From: Minisyncoccota bacterium | GTDB lineage: Bacteria; Patescibacteriota; Minisyncoccia; Phycocordibacterales; UBA9973 | Length of the DNA: 29,691 nt | NCBI GenBank assembly: GCA_036517715.1 | Contig: DATDUL010000066.1 | Coordinates: 1 to 29,691 of the forward strand | Direction of reading: 5' to 3' | Shown: positions 22,481-29,691 of the stretch, one piece after another | Position numbering within the stretch: position 1 is the stretch's first letter | Layout of the letters: each line of letters starts with the position of its first letter | Notes under the pieces: model-generated | The model's input: only the letters and a program-made list of their open reading frames with translations | Database searches by the model: none | What the model was told of the DNA's origin: nothing | Translations under genes and position numbers: made by a program

Positions 22481-23839
22481 ATGCAGAAAGACATAATCAA
22501 ACAAAAAATTAAAGGGTTTTTTAACCAAGAAATTAAGATTAAATTAAATACGAGTGCGCGTTATCTGATGGTCGGAGTTACTTCGTCTTTGGTAACCGTG
22601 TTTTTGGTCGGGTTGGGTGTCTGGAATTTCCGGGCCCAGATTTTTGGCTATTTTGCTACTGAATATTTGAAAAGTACTAGTATGGTGGCATCGAAACCCC
22701 TAGAGGACATAAAGATACCAGAGGAGGTGACTACCAACTTGATTGCAGGGATTGTAGAGAGCAAACCCGAGAACCTAGATCAAAAGCAAGAAAACACAGT
22801 TATCGATACTGTAAAACAAACCAACCCAGCAGTGGTTTCGATAATCATTACCAAAGAAGTTCCAAAGTACGAAGTGTACAATGATCCAAATCAAAACCAG
22901 AATCCATTTGGGGATTTGTTACCTGGTTTTAACATTAACATTCCACGATACAGACAAAACGGTACCGAGAAAAAAGAAGTCGGGGGTGGATCAGGGTTTT
23001 TCGTTTCTTCTGACGGATTGATTGTTACCAACAGGCATGTGGTTAGTGCAGATAATGTTGAATACGCGGTTTACACTAACAGTGGAAAAAAATATGATGC
23101 CAAAGTTATCGCTCGAGATCAGGTCCTAGACATTGCCCTTATTAAAGTCACCGGTTCTGGTTTTCCTTATCTCAAACTTGGTGATTCAGATGGTTTAGAA
23201 GTTGGTCAAACTGTCATAGCCATAGGTAATGCTTTGGCTGAGTTCAAGAACAGCGTCTCGGTAGGAGTGATTTCAGGCCTTTCCAGGTCTATCACCGCTG
23301 GCGATGGTGCAGGCGCTACCGAACTTCTGGATAAGGTTATTCAAACTGATGCAGCCATCAATCCCGGTAATTCTGGTGGCCCGCTTCTTAATTTAGCTGG
23401 GCAAGTAATAGGTGTGAATGTAGCCGTAGCTCAGGGTTCTGAAAATATAGGGTTTGCTTTGCCTATCAATAGCGTAAAAAGCGCCATCGACTCAGTGAAA
23501 AAAACTGGTAAGATAGTCCGCCCGTACTTGGGTATCCGCTACGTAGCTATCAATCCAGAGATTAAAGCCAAGAACAATTTGCCTGTTGATTACGGTGTCT
23601 TGGTCAAGCCAGGCAGTAATGGGAGTGAGCTGGCAGTTCTGCCAGGTAGTCCAGCTGATAAAGCAGGAATTGTAGAAAACGATATTATTTTGGAAGTGGA
23701 TGGAGTAAAAATCGAAGAAGATAAAAGTCTGGCTACCGTAGTACGTGGTAGAAAAGTAGGGGACATTATACGCCTCAAGATATTACACAAGGGTGTTGAG
23801 AAAACAGTTTACGTGACCCTGGAAGTAGCGAAAGACTAG
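22481..23839 (+). CDS. htrA: HtrA/DegP trypsin-like serine protease with one PDZ domain, 452 aa
   Basis: TM anchor, GSGF, TNRHVV (His), DIA (Asp), IQTDAAINPGNSGGPL (Ser), C-terminal PDZ (SPADKAGI..NDII). Confidence 0.95.
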   Translation: MQKDIIKQKIKGFFNQEIKIKLNTSARYLMVGVTSSLVTVFLVGLGVWNFRAQIFGYFATEYLKSTSMVASKPLEDIKIPEEVTTNLIAGIVESKPENLDQKQENTVIDTVKQTNPAVVSIIITKEVPKYEVYNDPNQNQNPFGDLLPGFNINIPRYRQNGTEKKEVGGGSGFFVSSDGLIVTNRHVVSADNVEYAVYTNSGKKYDAKVIARDQVLDIALIKVTGSGFPYLKLGDSDGLEVGQTVIAIGNALAEFKNSVSVGVISGLSRSITAGDGAGATELLDKVIQTDAAINPGNSGGPLLNLAGQVIGVNVAVAQGSENIGFALPINSVKSAIDSVKKTGKIVRPYLGIRYVAINPEIKAKNNLPVDYGVLVKPGSNGSELAVLPGSPADKAGIVENDIILEVDGVKIEEDKSLATVVRGRKVGDIIRLKILHKGVEKTVYVTLEVAKD

Positions 23840-23849
23840 TATACCGAAA

Positions 23850-25007
23850 CTATTTTACATCCTTGAGGCGGAGGGTTATGAAAAGTCCTAAAAGCAGGAT
23901 AGCTGACAGAGCAAAAAAGATAAACTCAAAAGATGGAGTATAAAGTAATACTGGTATCGCGACTAAAGGAGCGATGATGAACGACACGGGTCCAGTGTTG
24001 CGAAAGAAGCTGATTTCGTCCACATCTTCTTCTTTAACTATTTTAAAGAAATGACTTTCACTCATTATTTCTATCGTGGCGGCTCCCACACGGGTAGCAA
24101 ACAACACGAGGGCCCAGATGAGTATGCTGTGTTCTTGAATAAAAGGAATGGTAAAAACGGTACCAGTAGCGATCAAAAATCCCAGCGCGAGTATTTTCTT
24201 TTCTCCGATTTTATCGGAAAGTTTTCCCAGTGGGAACGTTACCAATACAAACGGTAATAGCATTATGGAAAATATAATTCCGATTTCATCCCATCCAAAA
24301 CCAAGATTTCCATGCAAATATATGGGTGTATAAATAACCATCCAAGCGTAGAAGAATTTAAGAATTAAGTTTATTAAATACGCTTTACCCAAGTTTTTGT
24401 TTTTCAAGAAGGTTTTACAAGTTCTGACCAGAACCATTTTCTTGTATACCGGGTCCTTGAATTTTTGTAGAAAGAAATACAAAACACAAGCCATAAGCAA
24501 AGAGAGTATTCCAGAAATGAAGTAAATCCCGCCATAAGAAGTACGACTAATAATGCTTCCAGAAATAACTTGAGAAAGTACCCAGGCTAAACTGGTGATC
24601 GTCAGGTATGTTCCGCGTAGTTTGCCGACAGATTTATTACCAGAAAAATCCTCGATGAATATGTCTAAGGTGGTAACGATTAATATCGAGCAAACAAAAT
24701 ACATTATAAAAGCAGGCAGAACCCATGCACCATTTCCATCAAGCCCAAGTACAAGCAAAGACAGGGAAAAGATTAGCGAAAGGATAATGCTAACCCTCAG
24801 GTTGCCTAGCTTGGAAAGCAACCTCGGCATGAACATCAGGGAAGTAATAGTTAGGACTGCTGCGCAGGTGTACAGGACACCGACGTACTTTGAGCTTATG
24901 TAGTTTTCCAAAAAACTGGAGTTGATATAGGAAGTTAGAGCCAAAGGTAACGAGAACAAAAAACCAGCCAGGTAGACGATTCTTCTGTTAATTGCCGTTC
25001 TTTTCAT
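23850..25007 (-). CDS. MFS transporter, 385 aa
   Basis: About 12 TM helices; motif A-like GKLSDKIGEKK. Confidence 0.85.
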   Translation of the reverse strand: MKRTAINRRIVYLAGFLFSLPLALTSYINSSFLENYISSKYVGVLYTCAAVLTITSLMFMPRLLSKLGNLRVSIILSLIFSLSLLVLGLDGNGAWVLPAFIMYFVCSILIVTTLDIFIEDFSGNKSVGKLRGTYLTITSLAWVLSQVISGSIISRTSYGGIYFISGILSLLMACVLYFFLQKFKDPVYKKMVLVRTCKTFLKNKNLGKAYLINLILKFFYAWMVIYTPIYLHGNLGFGWDEIGIIFSIMLLPFVLVTFPLGKLSDKIGEKKILALGFLIATGTVFTIPFIQEHSILIWALVLFATRVGAATIEIMSESHFFKIVKEEDVDEISFFRNTGPVSFIIAPLVAIPVLLYTPSFEFIFFALSAILLLGLFITLRLKDVK

Positions 25008-25013
25008 CTATCC

Positions 25014-25019
25014 ATTATA
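25014..25019 (-). promoter_or_regulatory. -10 box TATAAT, 6 nt before MFS ATG, overlapping the rnj stop codon
   Basis: Minus strand tataat-ggatag-atg. Confidence 0.55.
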
Positions 25020-26949
25020 TATTAAGTACAACTGGAATGACGAGTGGGCGCTTGGATGTCTTTTGGTACAAGAACTTGGAAATGTTTTCTCCTACACTTG
25101 CTTTGATATAGTCTAAATCAGCTCCAGGGTTCCTGGTAGTTATGTCCTCTATGTTTTTCTTGATGATTATGCGGACTTGTCGGAGCAGTTCCTGGTTTTC
25201 TTTAAGATATACAAAACCTCGGGATATCAAGTCAGGGGATTTCTTTAATTTTCCAGTTTTCTGATCTACCACCGCGATGATGACAAACATACCGTCTTGG
25301 GCGAGCATTTGACGGTCTTTGATAACCACGTCTGTGCTGTCGCCAACGGACACACCGTCTACCATCATGAGTCCAGATGGTGCTTTTTCTTTGCGTAGGT
25401 ATATCTTCTCTCCATCGGGGGAGATTTCGATGATGGAACCGTTGTCAGGAACGATGACGTTTTGCTCCGGCATTCCCAAATCCATAGCTAGCTCTTTGTG
25501 TAGTACTAAACGATAGTGGTTTCCGTGAATAGGGATAAAGAATCTTGGATGGGTTTTCCGGTGTAGCCATTTCACGTCTTCTTGGTTTCCGTGACCGGTT
25601 GCGTGAACGTAGTCTTCACCCGGGGTTCGGTAGCCGATGATTTTAACCCCTTGTCTGGCGAGGCCGTCTTTCATCCTCTCGATAGCTCTTTCATTTCCAG
25701 GAATGATAGAAGAAGAGAGAATGATAGTATCACCCTTGTGAAGTTGGAATTTTGTATGAGACTTGTTGGCTGCACGATTGAGCGAAGCGAATTCTTCACC
25801 CTGAGCACCTGTCATCAAAATAACTACTTTGTGTGGAGGATAGTTGTCTGCTTCTTCGATGGGTATGATGGTTCCTTTTTTCGGTTCGAAATATCCGGCT
25901 TCTATGGCTACATCGATGTTTGTCTTCATAGATCGTCCGTCGAGGACTACTTTTCTGCCCAATGCTTCAGCTGCTTTCACCACGTAGGCTAGTCGGGTGA
26001 TGTGGGAAGCAAAAGCGGCTATGATGATGCGTCCGTTTATTTTACGGATTAGATTTTCCAATCCTTGGTGAACTTTGATTTCAGGAAGGGAAAATCCTTC
26101 GTTTTCGATGTTTGTAGAGTCGGTGAGTAGAAGCAGAACTTTAGCGTTGTCAAAAATTGAATATTCTTTTTCTTCTTCTTTGGATACGATTCCGTCAACC
26201 TGGTCTAGTTTGTAGTCTCCTGGGGTCACTATCCATCCGTGGTCGGTCTCGATTATTATTCCCAATGAATCCGGTATGGTGTGAGTAACTCCAAAGAATC
26301 TGACTTTGATTTTACCGCACATAATGGTGTCTGTTTTCTCGACGATGTTTTCTTTCATTGCTGGTAGTTGCGGAAATTCTGCTTGGCGCTTTCGCATCAT
26401 CAATATAGAAAGGTTTCTAGAATAAACCGGAGGGTTGCCTATGCGAGATAGCACAAGGGGAATACCTCCTATGTGGTCTAAGTGTCCATGAGTTACGAAC
26501 AAGGCGCGGATGCGGTCTTTTCTTTCTTCTAGGTAGGTTGTGTTCGGGATAACATAGTCGACTCCCGGTGTTTCTTCGGTAGAGAAATGCATACCTGCGT
26601 CGACAACGATGATGTCGTCTCCGATTTCGATAGCGGTCATGTTTTTACCGATTTCCTCAACACCACCAAGTGGGATAATGCGTATTACTCCGGGAGCTGG
26701 TGGTGGCACGTTTAGACTGTCTGTTGCTTTGCGTACCGGAGCGTTGCCGAATTTGCGTGGTCCACGACCCTTTTTACCAAACTTGGAATATTGAAAAGTT
26801 GAACTCTTCGTTTTCTTGTTTTGGTTTGCGTCGCCGACTGTTCCACTCCCTGTGCGGTGGTGGGGTGTTCTAAAATCTCTGTGTTTGTGATCTTCCGACT
26901 TGCTTGTATCAATACTAACCGCACTGAAAGATAATCTGTTCTTTTTCAT
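25015..26949 (-). CDS. rnj: Ribonuclease J, 644 aa
   Basis: IPLGGVEEIGKNM, THGHLDHIG (HxHxDH), VTHTIPD, DSTN, HATGHG, PIHG, KRPLVIP. Confidence 0.96.
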   Translation of the reverse strand: MKKNRLSFSAVSIDTSKSEDHKHRDFRTPHHRTGSGTVGDANQNKKTKSSTFQYSKFGKKGRGPRKFGNAPVRKATDSLNVPPPAPGVIRIIPLGGVEEIGKNMTAIEIGDDIIVVDAGMHFSTEETPGVDYVIPNTTYLEERKDRIRALFVTHGHLDHIGGIPLVLSRIGNPPVYSRNLSILMMRKRQAEFPQLPAMKENIVEKTDTIMCGKIKVRFFGVTHTIPDSLGIIIETDHGWIVTPGDYKLDQVDGIVSKEEEKEYSIFDNAKVLLLLTDSTNIENEGFSLPEIKVHQGLENLIRKINGRIIIAAFASHITRLAYVVKAAEALGRKVVLDGRSMKTNIDVAIEAGYFEPKKGTIIPIEEADNYPPHKVVILMTGAQGEEFASLNRAANKSHTKFQLHKGDTIILSSSIIPGNERAIERMKDGLARQGVKIIGYRTPGEDYVHATGHGNQEDVKWLHRKTHPRFFIPIHGNHYRLVLHKELAMDLGMPEQNVIVPDNGSIIEISPDGEKIYLRKEKAPSGLMMVDGVSVGDSTDVVIKDRQMLAQDGMFVIIAVVDQKTGKLKKSPDLISRGFVYLKENQELLRQVRIIIKKNIEDITTRNPGADLDYIKASVGENISKFLYQKTSKRPLVIPVVLNI

Positions 26950-26999
26950 CCTTTTTCTTCTTACTTTTATTTAACTATTAATTAAGAGTTCGTTTGTTT

Positions 27000-28769
27000 C
27001 TAGTACCTAGGCTCTGTTTCTTTAGGAGCAAAGATTTTCCAAACGTGGTCGACTCTAGTATACCACAAATATGAACTTCCAAACCTGTCACTAGGTGAGG
27101 TTATATGGTCCAAAGTAAATCCATGAAGTTCTGGCGAAACGGCATAAATAAAGCTTGGGCTATATACGAAAACTGCTGGCATGTCTTTTCTAATCTCTTC
27201 TTCAAACTGAGCGTACTTTTTTATTCGATCTTCTTTCTTGGTGGCTACGAAGGCATCCTCTAATATCTTGTCTACTTTTGCGTTGGCGTACATGGCTACA
27301 TTGAGTCCTGGGTCTTTGCGTTGAGAAGAGTGCCAGAAAGCAAACAGGTCTGATTCATGATTGATAATTTGTCCAAAGAAAAGTGCATCGTATTTGCGTG
27401 GGCGAATGACTATTTGGTTTAGGTTGCCTGTTTCAAAAGTTTTTACTTCTACCGTCATACCCAGGGCCCCCAAGTCGCTGGCGATGATTTCGGCAGCACG
27501 GGCTAGTTCAGGGGCGTTACTGGTTGAAATTGAAAAAGATATTTGTTCGGTACTTTTCTTTTTGTTCTTGTCGGTTGTCGTTTTGGTCAATAATCCCGAT
27601 TCGTTCTTGGCCCATCCTCCTTGTTTTAATATTTCGTTTGCTTTTTGAATACGTTCTTCGCGAGTTAGTTTGTGTTCTCCGCTTAGTTTGTAGTATTCAG
27701 ATGTGGTTGGGGGTAGAGGGTCGTCTATCGGTGCACCATAACCTGAGAGTACTTCGCTGACCACTGATTCTTTGTCGATTGCCATATTGATAGCTTTTAT
27801 AACACTCTTGTCAGTGAATATTTGGTTTTGATTTTGGTTGAAAAATAATCCGAAAACTCGTGGTAGAAGCAGAGATTCGATTGGTTGACCTTCGTCTCGT
27901 AACTTCTCGGCTTCTTTGGATGAGATAGAAGATGCTTGGGCTACTTCACCACCGGTGAGTCCGGTTATCAGATCTTCTTCATTCTGATAAAAATGCAAAG
28001 TCATACTGTTGAGGTAAGGCTTGCCCAGAATAAATTTGTCAAAACTTTCTAATTTAAATTCGTCGATAATTCCAGAAGATAACTTGTTTACATTTTTTAC
28101 TTGAAATGGTCCGGTGCCGACAGCTTCGGTGTTGGCTTCGTTGAGCTCTATGGGTGAACCCTCCCAAATGTGAGCCGGCATGATACCAATGGTAGTGTTT
28201 TCTAAGAATGAAGTGTATGGCTGACGTAGGGTGAATTTTACAGTTTTTTCATCTACTTTCTCTATGCTGACTCCGTCCCAGGCTGCTTTGCGAGGGCTTT
28301 TGATCACTGGGTCTTTGATACTGTTTATAGTGAATATCACATCGTCGGCTGTGACTGGTTCACCATCGTGGAAAAATATTTTGTCTTTCAAGGTGAAGGT
28401 GTAGGTCAGCCCATTATCCGATGGTTCATATTTCTCTGCTAGGTCAGGAATCAGGCTACCATCAGAATTCTTTCGGAGCAGTCCTCCGTAAACCAAAGCT
28501 ACCAAATCGCGATCAGCATCAGAGGAAGCTAGTACTGGGTTCACAAATCTAGGAGTGCCCAGGATGCCTTCGCTCAGGTTTCCACCACGCATCGGAACTT
28601 CGGTCATAAAAGCATTGTTGACCTGATGAAGCAGTCCCAGGGTGGCTACAATTAGTAGTATCCCGAACGCAAAGAATATGCGCCACTCCATTTTTGAAAA
28701 ACGGAAAAGGGCTCCTTTGATACGGGCGGGCAAACGCCAATTACGTATGAGAGTATATAAATTTTGCAT
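27000..28769 (-). CDS. ABC transporter substrate-binding protein, family 5 (OppA/DppA-like), N-terminal TM, 589 aa
   Basis: NP.L, LVYGGL, PDLAE.Y..S..GLTYTF.L....FHDG.PVTADDV.FT, GTGPF. Confidence 0.9.
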   Translation of the reverse strand: MQNLYTLIRNWRLPARIKGALFRFSKMEWRIFFAFGILLIVATLGLLHQVNNAFMTEVPMRGGNLSEGILGTPRFVNPVLASSDADRDLVALVYGGLLRKNSDGSLIPDLAEKYEPSDNGLTYTFTLKDKIFFHDGEPVTADDVIFTINSIKDPVIKSPRKAAWDGVSIEKVDEKTVKFTLRQPYTSFLENTTIGIMPAHIWEGSPIELNEANTEAVGTGPFQVKNVNKLSSGIIDEFKLESFDKFILGKPYLNSMTLHFYQNEEDLITGLTGGEVAQASSISSKEAEKLRDEGQPIESLLLPRVFGLFFNQNQNQIFTDKSVIKAINMAIDKESVVSEVLSGYGAPIDDPLPPTTSEYYKLSGEHKLTREERIQKANEILKQGGWAKNESGLLTKTTTDKNKKKSTEQISFSISTSNAPELARAAEIIASDLGALGMTVEVKTFETGNLNQIVIRPRKYDALFFGQIINHESDLFAFWHSSQRKDPGLNVAMYANAKVDKILEDAFVATKKEDRIKKYAQFEEEIRKDMPAVFVYSPSFIYAVSPELHGFTLDHITSPSDRFGSSYLWYTRVDHVWKIFAPKETEPRY

Positions 28770-28790
28770 GATTTAAGAGTTGTGCGCGGT

Positions 28791-29030
28791 TTAAACCTTC
28801 GCTTCAAGTAGAATCGAAAGAAAAGCAGTTAAAGCAAAGAGTATTCCGCAAACGATAGACAAAATGAAAAGGAATTTTTCAAATCCCCGGCGAGTACTGT
28901 GAAAGGACCCAGTATCACCGCCCAATGCGCCACCCGCACTCGCCCCCGATTGCTGGAGGAGAATAGAGAGGACCAATATGACTGAAAGTATTATCTGCGC
29001 GTAAGGCAGAATTTGTATTACCAAATCCAT
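28791..29030 (-). CDS. secG: Preprotein translocase subunit SecG, 79 aa
   Basis: ILLQQS..GA.GG..GG, TRRG.EKFL; true start ATG 29030 within ORF 28791..29264; TGGGATACT 6 nt before ATG. Confidence 0.92.
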   Translation of the reverse strand: MDLVIQILPYAQIILSVILVLSILLQQSGASAGGALGGDTGSFHSTRRGFEKFLFILSIVCGILFALTAFLSILLEAKV

Positions 29031-29105
29031 GCGGAGAGTATCCCATATTTTGGGCAAAAATGCAAATAAAACGGATTTAACATATACTACTGCAGTAGAG
29101 CACCT

Positions 29106-29691
29106 ATGGACCAAAAGATAATAGAACAAATTAAAAGGTATCGAAATGAAAAGGAAGGCGCGGTGCTGTCTAGGTTTTTCAAGACGGGCAAGGGGCAGTA
29201 TGGTGAGGGCGACATATTTTGGGGACTCGATGTGCCTACATCCCGCAAAATTGCAGAAAAACACGCCCTGATACCCAGAAAAGATATTTTGAAACTACTC
29301 GAGAACAAGGTCCACGAAGTCAGATTGGTGGGGCTTTTAATCCTGGTTGTCCAGTACAAAAAAGCAAAAGAAGATCAAAATCAAAAGCTAAAGGCAGAGT
29401 TGGTGAAATTTTATTTAGAGAATACCAAACATGTGAACAACTGGGACCTGGTGGATTCGACGGCGCATCAGATACTCGGGGACTTTCTGACAGAGAAAGA
29501 AGACAAGAAAATCCTCCTGACCCTGTCACACTCCAAAGATTTGTGGGAGCAACGCATTGCTATAGTGGCGACTTTTGCATTCATTCGCAAAGGGGAGCTT
29601 GATTGGACATTTAAAATAGTAGACACCTTGGACAAACATACTCACGACCTGATTCACAAAGCCTGTGGTTGGATGCTCCGTGAGGCTGGTA
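29106..29691 (+). CDS. DNA alkylation repair protein (AlkD-like HEAT repeat), 3' truncated by window
   Basis: My translation: MDQKII...FFKTGKGQYGEGDIFWG..VP..RKIA...HEVR...NNWDLVD...LWEQRIAIV...HDLIHKACGWMLREAG; open to window end, absent from ORF track. Confidence 0.92.
   Translation, partial: MDQKIIEQIKRYRNEKEGAVLSRFFKTGKGQYGEGDIFWGLDVPTSRKIAEKHALIPRKDILKLLENKVHEVRLVGLLILVVQYKKAKEDQNQKLKAELVKFYLENTKHVNNWDLVDSTAHQILGDFLTEKEDKKILLTLSHSKDLWEQRIAIVATFAFIRKGELDWTFKIVDTLDKHTHDLIHKACGWMLREAG

Noticed and set aside
29087-29098. 12-bp palindrome ctactgcagtag between secG and the AlkD-like gene as an operator
   Set aside because: Short, single copy, no regulator nearby; not distinguishable from chance.
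29031-29264. 78-aa N-terminal extension of SecG in the 157-aa ORF
   Set aside because: It overlaps the divergent AlkD-like gene; SecG homology starts at ATG 29030, which has a promoter-like motif at the usual spacing.
29087-29602. ORFs 29087..29359, 29219..29602 and 29320..29529
   Set aside because: Alternative frames over the AlkD-like gene at 29106, which the track missed because it has no stop in the window.
1-29691. Genetic code 25 or 4 (TGA as Gly or Trp), or TAG read-through
   Set aside because: Long conserved genes are uninterrupted under code 11, and TAG stops fall at expected protein ends, some next to terminator hairpins.

Overview
Gene-dense, AT-rich bacterial window. Its gene content and intergenic style suggest Patescibacteria/CPR, Parcubacteria-like (inference; no marker phylogeny possible here). 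It runs from the 3' end of pyrG through about 16 kb of small accessory genes (bactofilin-like, DUF4342, DUF6629, YdeI, VWA, DUF1801, META, DUF1059, GIY-YIG, VOC, peptidase S51, nitroreductase, DUF134, SnoaL, YceI, several membrane-anchored unknowns) and tRNA-Gln(CTG). An envelope/protein-quality block follows (delta-60 beta-propeller surface protein, dgkA, CPHC thioredoxin, dsbB, transglutaminase-like, CPBP, htrA), then MFS, rnj, an OppA-like binding protein, secG and a truncated AlkD-like gene. No CRISPR, integrase or transposase was seen. Main observations: (1) 12 of 40 starts have a TAnnnT -10 box, 8 of them extended TGnTAnnnT, exactly 6 nt before the ATG, implying widespread leaderless mRNAs; (2) a 121-bp structured insert behind tRNA-Gln is bounded by a 20-bp copy of the tRNA 3' end and carries an anti-T-arm sequence; (3) stop codons are 22 TAA, 17 TAG and 1 TGA; (4) three minus-strand orphan exported-protein genes have a signal-peptide style unlike their neighbours; (5) a palindromic operator candidate lies between nitroreductase and DUF134. 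All calls are from motif recognition by eye; no database searches were run.
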